Below, piece after piece: positions 8,677 to 16,314 of a stretch of DNA of 25,073 nucleotides. The notes beneath the pieces are model-generated. The model did no database searches. It saw only the letters and a program-made list of their open reading frames with translations, and was not told the origin of the DNA. Every line of letters begins with the position of its first letter. The first letter of the stretch is position 1. The stretch covers positions 1 to 25,073 of the IMG/VR virus record IMGVR_UViG_3300049186_000050; one strand, 5' to 3'. Position numbers and translations under genes: made by a program. The stretch is from a virus. Lineage: Duplodnaviria; Caudoviricetes.

Positions 8677-9362
8677 TATTCCTCGGGTTCCTTATGCTTC
8701 TTTTCCAACGCCGCATTCACATTGTTCGAGATCTTGCGTAGCTCTTCATCCGACTGTTCTTCAAAATCATCCGGCGTGGCATTCACCAGCTTCTTTGCCA
8801 TCTCAGCTGTGATCTTCGAGGATGGTGTGTAAATGCCTGCCATCTCGAACATCAATTTGCGATCCTGATGCCCTTTGTAATTGGCGTCCGTTGCCACTTC
8901 CACCATCGCATTCAACGCATCTGGCAGACCGTCGAAAATGATCGAGCCCTGCAACATCGAGATCGTTTCATCGATGCTTGGGTTCTTCTTGCGCCATGTG
9001 GCAATTGCCCGATCCGATGTCAATCCCAAACACCTGGTTGCCAATTCTTCCTGTGTTTCAGGTTGACGGTATTTCTTCGGTTGTGCGGCCCACGCGATAT
9101 ACACCGCCACGCGCCACTTCCAACCTACCTCCACCAGCTTCTTATAAAGATCCATCCAACGCGGAGCCACTTCCCGTGCACCCGCTTCCATACTTTTGCC
9201 ATCTATTTCAATGTATTGGATCTCTTTGATGCGCAAAACCGAAAGCGCCGCCAATGCGGTTTCACTGGTGGTGTTTTCATCCGCTGGCATCACGGCATCA
9301 TCAAAGCCTTCGAGCGGCAATGGGATCTGCGGGCTGGGTATTTTCAATTGACCGTTGCTCAT
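8676..9362 (-). CDS. Putative terminase small subunit (HTH protein, phBC6A51-like)
   Basis: 228 aa directly upstream of terL (TAATG overlap); HTH-like TQEELATRCLGLTSDRAIATWRK. Confidence 0.75.
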   Translation of the reverse strand: MSNGQLKIPSPQIPLPLEGFDDAVMPADENTTSETALAALSVLRIKEIQYIEIDGKSMEAGAREVAPRWMDLYKKLVEVGWKWRVAVYIAWAAQPKKYRQPETQEELATRCLGLTSDRAIATWRKKNPSIDETISMLQGSIIFDGLPDALNAMVEVATDANYKGHQDRKLMFEMAGIYTPSSKITAEMAKKLVNATPDDFEEQSDEELRKISNNVNAALEKKHKEPEE

Positions 9363-9698
9363 TTATTTTGCAACCAGTTCACGGATCGCCGCCGCAATAT
9401 CCCTGAGCGTATCCACCAACGCGTTTTCACTGGCGAGCGCGTCAAACGCCTTCTCCAGTTTCGCCTTAACTTGATTCGTTACCCGCAGCCCAACATAACG
9501 AGCGGTGCCATAGCCGGTATTCGAACTCACCCGCCCCCACACGATCCCATTCCTTTCGGGGTACACCTGATAAACCGTGAAGGGCACGCCGCGCCCATAC
9601 ACCCCCACCTGATTGGTCATCGATTGGGTTTCCATTTGCGTTCTGATCTTCAAATCCAGAAGGGCTGTGTAATCGCCGGGTACCATTTGCTCATCCAT
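9363..9698 (-). CDS. Stand-alone SH3b-like domain protein
   Basis: 111 aa; LKIRT...VG...G..F.V.......WGRV...YV pattern of bacterial SH3 domains plus a C-terminal helix. Confidence 0.6.
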   Translation of the reverse strand: MDEQMVPGDYTALLDLKIRTQMETQSMTNQVGVYGRGVPFTVYQVYPERNGIVWGRVSSNTGYGTARYVGLRVTNQVKAKLEKAFDALASENALVDTLRDIAAAIRELVAK

Positions 9699-9734
9699 CT
9701 TATTTTCCTTATCGCTCGCTCTTATCGTTCGCTC

Positions 9735-10109
9735 TTAGCGATCGCTTTTATTCAAAACTTTTTTCGCGGCATCATACAGATCCTTGGTGATGCCCATCTT
9801 TTCATACTGGCTGTTCATTTCCTCATGCATATCTTTGATCGCACTCACGATGGCTTGATAAGAAGTATCCTGCTGTGCCACTACATTTTTTACAGTCGTT
9901 GCCCAAAGATTATTCACTTCCAACTCACGGCTGCGCTGTAGTTGCTGCATTTGGACATCGTGCCCTCTTTGCAGTTCAGTGGCTTCTTTGGCATTATTCG
10001 CTCGTTCGGCTCTTTCCTCTTTTGCAGCCCGCAAAAACAGAAACACCGTTCCGATAACCGCCAAAGCAGACGGTACTTGTTTTGCCATCTCGATCAATAC
10101 ATCATTCAT
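9735..10109 (-). CDS. Holin-like protein (one TM segment plus coiled coil; BhlA/UviB-like architecture)
   Basis: 124 aa; N-terminal hydrophobic segment VPSALAVIGTVFLFL followed by a charged coiled coil. Confidence 0.55.
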   Translation of the reverse strand: MNDVLIEMAKQVPSALAVIGTVFLFLRAAKEERAERANNAKEATELQRGHDVQMQQLQRSRELEVNNLWATTVKNVVAQQDTSYQAIVSAIKDMHEEMNSQYEKMGITKDLYDAAKKVLNKSDR

Positions 10110-10282
10110 AAAACTTGCTCTTCCATATCCTTGATCGTCACCGTCACCGGCGAATGCATCCGATCTACCTTCAGATCGGGAAACTCCTCTTTCACTGCCT
10201 CAGTGATATTCTCGATAGCATCCTGAAATCTTTCCTTGTCTTTATCAGGCACATAGATCACGATCTGAATTTGAATCAACAT
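10106..10282 (-). CDS. Small hypothetical protein (58 aa, absent from the ORF track)
   Basis: Own translation MLIQIQIVIYVPDKDKERFQDAIENITEAVKEEFPDLKVDRMHSPVTVTIKDMEEQVL; TGATG overlap upstream and ATGA overlap downstream. Confidence 0.75.
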   Translation of the reverse strand: MLIQIQIVIYVPDKDKERFQDAIENITEAVKEEFPDLKVDRMHSPVTVTIKDMEEQVL

Positions 10283-10566
10283 CAGCGCTTTCCGATCACG
10301 TGCTTGTTAAACTTCCGCGCAATGTAAGCCGAGTTGATCAAAGCCATTGCCAGGTCTTCCATCAGATCGGGCTTTTCGTAATAGCTGGGCATGTGACCAG
10401 TGATCGTGGCGGTTGCCAAAGCCAGCTCACCATTGTCCGCGATGCGCTGCGACACCGTGATGCGGATCGCTTCGCGTGTGGTCGTAGTGTGACGCACCGT
10501 AATAACCTCACGCCTGATCTCTTCACCAGCTTTCGCAGCGCCTTCAACATTATCGACATCACTCAT
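10282..10566 (-). CDS. Hypothetical phage protein
   Basis: 94 aa ORF that fits the operon packing. Confidence 0.65.
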   Translation of the reverse strand: MSDVDNVEGAAKAGEEIRREVITVRHTTTTREAIRITVSQRIADNGELALATATITGHMPSYYEKPDLMEDLAMALINSAYIARKFNKHVIGKR

Positions 10567-10584
10567 TCCGGCTTCCCAATGAAT

Positions 10585-10965
10585 TTATTTCCAGAATCCC
10601 TTGAACCCTTTCGCACGCAGCTCAGGCATGATCCCAAAGAAGGACAGCACGAACAGGATCACACCCAAAATGGTCTCAGTGGTAAATGGGAAAGTGGGCG
10701 CAAAATAAGTGATCACGAAGATCACAAAGCCTGCCACCAACTGCCAGAATGCCAGCACATTGACAATGCCGGTTGCAAAAGCGCTGCGAAAACCATAGGC
10801 CCTGAAAGTGGGTATCACTCCAACCAAACCCAGCCCGAACAAAACCAGCGCCAGGATATTGGCTTCACTCAATGGAAACTCTGGCTGATAAAACTTCACC
10901 ACAAACGCAATCAGACCAACCAGCAAAGTCCAAAACATGAGGCTCTTGAAAATAGGTGCTTTCAT
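10585..10965 (-). CDS. Four-TM membrane protein with internal duplication (holin candidate)
   Basis: 126 aa; AGAAGGAG RBS; two homologous 2-TM halves; first gene of the late operon. Confidence 0.75.
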   Translation of the reverse strand: MKAPIFKSLMFWTLLVGLIAFVVKFYQPEFPLSEANILALVLFGLGLVGVIPTFRAYGFRSAFATGIVNVLAFWQLVAGFVIFVITYFAPTFPFTTETILGVILFVLSFFGIMPELRAKGFKGFWK

Positions 10966-10982
10966 AAACTTCTCCTTCTGTG

Positions 10983-11019
10983 CTCCCCTTCCCTTCAGGG
11001 AAGGGGCTGGGGGTTAGGT
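10983..11019. repeat. REP-like palindrome (late leader)
   Basis: CCCCTTCCCT-TC-AGGGAAGGGG followed by CTGGGGGTTAGG. Confidence 0.8.
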
Positions 11020-11048
11020 GGGTTACGCAGTCCCGCGCTCTATGCGGG

Positions 11049-11085
11049 AAACGCAAAACGCCCGATGTCAATATGACATCGGGCG
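11049..11085 (-). terminator. Intrinsic terminator in the late-operon leader
   Basis: Perfect 12-bp stem CGCCCGATGTCA-TAT-TGACATCGGGCG followed by TTTTGCGTTT on the minus strand. Confidence 0.7.
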
Positions 11086-11139
11086 CTACTTCGATCACGT
11101 ACCCATTATAGAAACGGGTTGCGCAAAATTACTAAAATA

Positions 11140-11167
11140 ATTTTAACACGCCTCCCTCTACTGTCAA
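11140..11167 (-). promoter_or_regulatory. Sigma70-type promoter (candidate late promoter)
   Basis: Minus strand TTGACA (11167-11162), 16-nt spacer ending TGT, then TAAAAT (11145-11140), i.e. with an extended -10. Confidence 0.6.
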
Positions 11168-11207
11168 GAGTCAGTTAGTGTCAATTTCACACCATCTAGC
11201 AAAGCGT

Positions 11208-11321
11208 CTACTTACCTACTAACCAAAACGCGAAACGAACAGGCAATATGGAAAGAAGAAATATCCAGATTGCAATGTAAATTAATTTGAGAAAAACATC
11301 TTTTATTTTTTCAATGAACAT
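11208..11321 (-). CDS. Small membrane peptide (37 aa, absent from the ORF track)
   Basis: Own translation MFIEKIKDVFLKLIYIAIWIFLLSILPVRFAFWLVGK; GGAG RBS; starts 3 nt after the upstream stop. Confidence 0.5.
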   Translation of the reverse strand: MFIEKIKDVFLKLIYIAIWIFLLSILPVRFAFWLVGK

Positions 11322-11324
11322 ACT

Positions 11325-11579
11325 CTACTCCGCTCTCTCCACAGTATGGCAAATACATTGATCATCAAAACAGTGAGAAGAAACCTCATTGGGCACATTT
11401 GCCCATCCACTTTTTATGCAACCACATCGCCAACAACACTCAGGCTTTCCGCCACCGATGACCAACAGCCGCACATTCCCAACACCATCAGCGTCTTGGT
11501 GAGCATGACCTCTCGATTCAATTGTCGTGCCCTTATGTCGATCATTGCAAATAATGCAGGGGGTTCCATTAGTATACAT
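11325..11579 (-). CDS. Cys/His-rich hypothetical protein (possibly zinc-binding)
   Basis: 84 aa; CIIC..H, CCWRCGC, HC...CICH; GAAGGAG RBS. Confidence 0.55.
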   Translation of the reverse strand: MYTNGTPCIICNDRHKGTTIESRGHAHQDADGVGNVRLLVIGGGKPECCWRCGCIKSGWANVPNEVSSHCFDDQCICHTVERAE

Positions 11580-11588
11580 ATCTCTATT

Positions 11589-12137
11589 TTACTCCTTCCA
11601 GCTGCCCACGGACATATCCACATCAAAGAAGATCGGTGTGCAAGCGCTGGGCTTCATAAAAGTCACCCAGTGTGTCAGGCTCTGCTTGCCGCTCTTATGT
11701 CCGATGAGTGGCTGAACGTCTGTCAACTGTAGAATTTGAGATAGTGGTATTTCAACAGCACACCATTTGAAGATCAAAACGCCGTTCGGTTTCAGAACCC
11801 GGAAACATTCTGAAAACCCATCCCGCAGCATGGTGCGCCAATCACCTTTCAACGTGCCATACTTCAAATTCAGCCATGATCTTTCGCCGTTCTTTTCGAA
11901 GTGCGGCGGGTCAAATACCACTACCTGAAAGCGATCATCTGGAAAGGGGAGTGCTGAAAAATCTGCCAGAATGTTTGGCTTTATTTCCAATTCACGCACT
12001 CCGCTTTTTTGCGATCGATCATTCAAGATATGGCGCTCATTGCGCTTATCTAAATATATGACGCGCTCATCTGCTTTATCAAACCAGAACATGCGGCTGC
12101 CACAACACACATCCAAAATTGTTTTCTCGGTCATCAT
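11589..12137 (-). CDS. Phage SAM-dependent (amino-type DNA) methyltransferase
   Basis: 182 aa; SAM motif ILDVCCGSRMFW, catalytic-type VFDPPH, RVLKPNGVLIFKW. Confidence 0.85.
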   Translation of the reverse strand: MMTEKTILDVCCGSRMFWFDKADERVIYLDKRNERHILNDRSQKSGVRELEIKPNILADFSALPFPDDRFQVVVFDPPHFEKNGERSWLNLKYGTLKGDWRTMLRDGFSECFRVLKPNGVLIFKWCAVEIPLSQILQLTDVQPLIGHKSGKQSLTHWVTFMKPSACTPIFFDVDMSVGSWKE

Positions 12138-12472
12138 ACTCTGGCCCGATTCTTCTTCATTGTCACCTTGCGCACCCGCCCCTTCAACAAGTGCGCCTGC
12201 AACTGTTCTCTCTGCTCCGGTCGCAGCGTGATGATCAACTCAGCCAACACCTTCACCGTGATATCCCACAGCTCCACGTCATCACAAATATCACAGCGCA
12301 CCGGCATCCGCCCCACCAGCGGACCGATCATCAGATCCACTTCCGCAGGCTGGTCTGCGGTTAGATCCACCGCATGCCGATACAACATCAACTGCGGCAT
12401 CCCATCCCCATTCAATCTGATCATTCCCAACGCGTGCATATTCTTACAGTGCCATTGCTTCACATCTGCCAT
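12134..12472 (-). CDS. Hypothetical zinc-ribbon protein
   Basis: ATG at 12472 with GGAGA RBS; WHCKNMH and RCDIC ligand pairs. Confidence 0.65.
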   Translation of the reverse strand: MADVKQWHCKNMHALGMIRLNGDGMPQLMLYRHAVDLTADQPAEVDLMIGPLVGRMPVRCDICDDVELWDITVKVLAELIITLRPEQREQLQAHLLKGRVRKVTMKKNRARV

Positions 12473-12508
12473 TGCATTCTCCAATCTTCAATCACAATTC
12501 TGCATTCA

Positions 12509-13126
12509 TCATTCATCATTTCCCAGTGCCAGCCACCACACCACCGGAAACACCTCCGCGAACACCCGCAGCTCGAACGCATTCCCCAACACCAGGTATA
12601 AACCCACCGAGACCGGCATCAACACTGCGAACGCAGTCCGCAAGAGCGCTGGCTTCCGCTGCCACTTGCGGAGGCACAGCCAAATCACCAGCCCGAATCC
12701 TGCCCAATGGAACGCACCCAGCCACGGCTGCAGGATGAACGCCTCCACATTCTCACGCGGACGGAACCAAAAATCCGCGCCTGGGCTGTCTGCGAAGATC
12801 ATCACGATCTGTACGCGCACCACCAACCACATCCACGCCTGCAAAGCGATCCCGCCCAGCCATACCCCCCAGCCCATCCGCTTATAAAAATAGATCATAA
12901 ATACCAAAGTCAATAATGCCGTGGTCTCACGGTTCACGCACCCGAGCAGGAAGATCCACATATATGCCCGCCAATACCCGCGCGCCAGGCACGCCAGCCC
13001 CAGCGCAAACGTGATCGCCGTGGGCAGGTCATAGATCGCCGCGAACCGGAACCCCAGCCCGCACAACACCATCACACCCACGCCCGCCCGCAGCCAAGGC
13101 TCAGGTTTTAGATTGGAAAGAGTCAT
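12509..13126 (-). CDS. C-terminal part of a multi-TM membrane protein (GT-C-like); apparently split from 13101-13388
   Basis: Hydrophobic ORF with IYDLP, NRETT and FELRVFAE motifs; overlaps the upstream ORF in the +1 frame; start uncertain. Confidence 0.55.
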   Translation of the reverse strand: MTLSNLKPEPWLRAGVGVMVLCGLGFRFAAIYDLPTAITFALGLACLARGYWRAYMWIFLLGCVNRETTALLTLVFMIYFYKRMGWGVWLGGIALQAWMWLVVRVQIVMIFADSPGADFWFRPRENVEAFILQPWLGAFHWAGFGLVIWLCLRKWQRKPALLRTAFAVLMPVSVGLYLVLGNAFELRVFAEVFPVVWWLALGNDE

Positions 13127-13388
13127 ATAAAAATTTGAGTGCATATACCAATCCGATCGCTGAAACGAACACCACCACACCGATTGCCTGCACAGCTGAA
13201 AAACCCAGGCTCATCAAACCACGCGCCAGCCACGGCATCAACGTCCGATACACAAACGGACGTTCCACCCAGCTCAACACCACCGCCCGCGCATACGGCT
13301 CCGCATACCACACGCCTGAAGCGTACCCATACACCACCGCCAAAAACGTACCCACGATCAACGCCATCGCGATTCTATTTTTCATCAC
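13101..13388 (-). CDS. N-terminal part of the split membrane protein
   Basis: 95 aa; two TM segments with an RPFVYRTLMP loop motif; ATGA overlap with the upstream gene. Confidence 0.6.
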   Translation of the reverse strand: MMKNRIAMALIVGTFLAVVYGYASGVWYAEPYARAVVLSWVERPFVYRTLMPWLARGLMSLGFSAVQAIGVVVFVSAIGLVYALKFLYDSFQSKT

Positions 13389-13849
13389 CCGCCCACCATC
13401 ACGGTCTTATCCATTGCCCAATCCACATCCAACATCTGGACGTTCAACGCTTCTTCCAAAGCTGCAACCTGCTCGCTGGTCCCTGAAAGTTTTTTCATGA
13501 AAACATATCCCGGTCGCTGATGCGTCTGCACGAAATACCAATCCACCAGATGCTCGATGATCTCACTCACTCGATACCCCTCACCATCCATCATCCGCCA
13601 CGCCACCAAACGCCGCACACGCCCCTCACCACACGCCCCACGCACATCCACAACTCCCCTCAGCGGATAAGTGACCTCCCCATAAAACAGACTCAACGCC
13701 GCTGTGGAATATGGCTTCACCACCCCAAACTCACGCACAATACCAGGGACGAACGCCCACAGATCCGCCTCACTCAACGCCCGATCGCTGACCACCTTCA
13801 CGAACTTCATCCCATCCGCTGACAGTTGATTCACCACCACTTCGATCAT
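13385..13849 (-). CDS. Hypothetical phage protein
   Basis: ATGA overlaps on both sides (start 13849). Confidence 0.7.
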   Translation of the reverse strand: MIEVVVNQLSADGMKFVKVVSDRALSEADLWAFVPGIVREFGVVKPYSTAALSLFYGEVTYPLRGVVDVRGACGEGRVRRLVAWRMMDGEGYRVSEIIEHLVDWYFVQTHQRPGYVFMKKLSGTSEQVAALEEALNVQMLDVDWAMDKTVMVGG

Positions 13850-14439
13850 TTTGCCCACCGTGCAATCCGCTCGCCAGGCTCCAGCCAGTTCAAACCCAAA
13901 AACTGCAAAAACTGAAGCTCCGTCTCGAAGCCCATCCGCGTCTCGACTTCTGGATTCTTGATCTCAGTCTCACCGCGCCACACCGCCCCATCCTGCACAC
14001 GGAAACCATTCGGCAGGCATCCACCACGTGCCTTCCGCGTCACGATCCAATGACTGAAATCCGCCGGTCCCGTGCGGATCACCATCTGCACCCCCCATGT
14101 CGCAGGCGGCATCACCAAAAACAGATCCACATTGATCCCCGCATACTTCAAATAGATTTTCTTGTAGCGCTCCCCATCCTTTTCACGCACAATATCACCT
14201 GCCTGGAACATCTCATCCAACATCTTATCCAGGTGCGTTTTATATAGACGCGGAATTGGCATCCCAAACTGCAACGGCGCACGGCCCACCGGCGTCAGAT
14301 CTGGCACCGCCAAAATTTCGATATCCTTCACATCCTGCTTGCCCCGTCGAATTGACCCAGCAATTTCAACCCGCTCACACACCGAGCCAATATGACCTGC
14401 AAACGCTTCAGCTACTTTCAAAGCCACATCATGCTTCAT
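13846..14439 (-). CDS. polX: Minimal family X DNA polymerase (palm and thumb only)
   Basis: 197 aa; AGSIRRGK..VKDIEIL, VDLF, RTGPADF and ETELQFLQFLGL.WLEP..R motifs of the PolX core. Confidence 0.85.
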   Translation of the reverse strand: MKHDVALKVAEAFAGHIGSVCERVEIAGSIRRGKQDVKDIEILAVPDLTPVGRAPLQFGMPIPRLYKTHLDKMLDEMFQAGDIVREKDGERYKKIYLKYAGINVDLFLVMPPATWGVQMVIRTGPADFSHWIVTRKARGGCLPNGFRVQDGAVWRGETEIKNPEVETRMGFETELQFLQFLGLNWLEPGERIARWAK

Positions 14440-14594
14440 CGCATTCTCCTTACATAATTCCGACTCGTCACAGTTTTGAAACCATCTTCAAACTCGACCA
14501 GGCATGAATTCATCTTGCCGCGCACCAACACCCGGCACCGTTGCCCAAATCGTTCAGGGTATCTCGTTCGCACGCGCCAATAATATGGATACAT
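14436..14594 (-). CDS. Small phage protein (52 aa, absent from the ORF track)
   Basis: Own translation MYPYYWRVRTRYPERFGQRCRVLVRGKMNSCLVEFEDGFKTVTSRNYVRRMR; TGATG and ATGA overlaps. Confidence 0.8.
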   Translation of the reverse strand: MYPYYWRVRTRYPERFGQRCRVLVRGKMNSCLVEFEDGFKTVTSRNYVRRMR

Positions 14595-15022
14595 CACATA
14601 AACCGCATGATCAAATCATCAGCCACTTCGAATAGACCTTGCGATCCCTTCATCGGAATCGGTTTCTCAAGACGCTTTACCATCTCCAACTTCCACGCAT
14701 AACGCCCGGTCATATAATTTCCAAAGGCTTGTTCCTGCTTATTCAGGCTCTTCACGATTGCTTCGGTTTTATGAACATCAACGATTTTCACAACCGCAAT
14801 AATGGCACCCAATGGCATATCATGATCCTTATAACCTGACGCTTTCAGTACGCTTCTGAATGGCTCTTGCAAACAATACTCAATTTGGATCTGATCCATT
14901 CTTTTTGCCGCATGGATGGCAAGCAAACCTCGATACTTGCTGAACCAACTCCGTGTCTCATACTGTTTTCCACCGATCGCCACCAACGTTGCCCACGGCT
15001 GCCACAAAGAAATAGCTTTCAT
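14594..15022 (-). CDS. ASCH domain protein
   Basis: 142 aa; MKAISLWQPWATLVAIGGKQYETRSW, LAIHAAK, and P.KG.QGLF. Confidence 0.92.
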   Translation of the reverse strand: MKAISLWQPWATLVAIGGKQYETRSWFSKYRGLLAIHAAKRMDQIQIEYCLQEPFRSVLKASGYKDHDMPLGAIIAVVKIVDVHKTEAIVKSLNKQEQAFGNYMTGRYAWKLEMVKRLEKPIPMKGSQGLFEVADDLIMRFM

Positions 15023-15216
15023 GCTGCACCCGCCCTTTGACGTTTCACAGCATCCTGCCTGCCACCTTGCGCAGGCGCACCAGCTCCCAACTTATCCGCA
15101 CACGCCAGGCACACCGCATACTTCCGATACCCGCGCGGACCATGTGTCAACACCATCCGATATTCCTTCAACTCTTTATTACACTTCAAACAATGTTGTC
15201 TATGCTTAGCCATCAT
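15019..15216 (-). CDS. Small zinc-ribbon protein
   Basis: 65 aa; CLKC and CLAC pairs; ATGA overlaps on both sides. Confidence 0.7.
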   Translation of the reverse strand: MMAKHRQHCLKCNKELKEYRMVLTHGPRGYRKYAVCLACADKLGAGAPAQGGRQDAVKRQRAGAA

Positions 15217-15812
15217 GCACCTCGTTTTCCAATTGCCAAGTCATAAGCCTTCTTTGCCTGGTCAAACATGACGGGATCGCCGCCGTTTTCGCCAGTGTCA
15301 GGATGATATTTTCGTGCCAAATTTAGATAAGCTCTTTTGATCTCATCATTGCCTGCGGTTTCAGCCACGTTCAAAACTTCAAACCACTTGCGCGCATCCG
15401 GGTCAGGCAACGCCGCAAAACCTTTGAAGGCGCGGTTGATCAAAGCCGGTGATCCATCTCGCTCAATTTGCCGCAGCGCATCGAGTGTTCGGCACAGCGC
15501 CCACAGATTATCCTCCACGGTCAAATACACATCACACGCCAGCGCCATATCCATTTGATTGCGCTTGAAGAAGATCGCCACACCCACATCCTGCGGCTGT
15601 CTCTGTCCCGAGCGTGGATTGCCATCCAATCTCAACTCCAGGTTCGAAGAGATGATCAGATCCTTTCCACCGAAGCGCCGCACCTCTTCATCCAACATAC
15701 GGCGTGCCATATGCACTGAACGATCCTTGAATTGTGCCCGCTTGCGTTTATAACTTTCAGTCCGTGCCCATCCTTCCGGCCAGAATAATGGATAAGCTCT
15801 TGTAGATTCCAT
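15213..15812 (-). CDS. Phage J-domain (DnaJ-like) protein
   Basis: 199 aa; C-terminal J-domain with EIKRAYLNLARKYHPD; N-terminal YPLFWPEGWART; AAAGGAG RBS. Confidence 0.9.
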   Translation of the reverse strand: MESTRAYPLFWPEGWARTESYKRKRAQFKDRSVHMARRMLDEEVRRFGGKDLIISSNLELRLDGNPRSGQRQPQDVGVAIFFKRNQMDMALACDVYLTVEDNLWALCRTLDALRQIERDGSPALINRAFKGFAALPDPDARKWFEVLNVAETAGNDEIKRAYLNLARKYHPDTGENGGDPVMFDQAKKAYDLAIGKRGA

Positions 15813-16002
15813 AACTCAAAACTCCTTTCGATCATCATTCAAAATTCATCATTCCGCATTCACCACTCACCACCACCTCCCCCTCCCCACCTCCGCGCGG
15901 ACCGCATGTTTTCCACCTGTCCGAGCGCACGCAAAATAATTGGCGGTTAAGAAAAGCGTGTTATTTTTGGCGGTTAATTATCGCGCCCTTGCGAAGCGGG
16001 GG

Positions 16003-16290
16003 TCAATCGATCACAAAGTTCGCAAACACATCCTTGGCTGCTTGCATCTGCTTCTGCAATTCTTCCTCATCCGCGGTCTCGATTGCCCATTGCACACCAC
16101 TACCCAGCTCCCCATGCAGCATGGACGTAATGATCTGCCGCGCCAGCGTTGCCGCTTTTCCGTGGTTTTCCAGCAGCCAGTTATAGAATTTTTGATCGCG
16201 TTCCTCGCGCGTCACTTTCTCCGCCTGCATGGGAATATAACCATCCAACCGAAATCGCTTACTGGGAAATGCGCTCTTATGTCTTGCCAT
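16003..16290 (-). CDS. Putative ParR-like DNA-binding adaptor
   Basis: 95 aa directly after the ParM-like gene; AAGGAG RBS; basic N-terminus with a strand-helix-helix pattern and an acidic C-terminal helix. Confidence 0.55.
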   Translation of the reverse strand: MARHKSAFPSKRFRLDGYIPMQAEKVTREERDQKFYNWLLENHGKAATLARQIITSMLHGELGSGVQWAIETADEEELQKQMQAAKDVFANFVID

Positions 16291-16314
16291 TATTCGCTCC
16301 TTGAAACTTGAAAC

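Noticed and set aside
11105-11184. Extra TTGACA (11184-11179) and TATAAT (11110-11105) on the minus strand as separate promoters
   Set aside because: Neither has a properly spaced partner hexamer
15983-16001. Hairpin after the ParR-like gene as a terminator
   Set aside because: Imperfect stem on the coding strand and no U-tract
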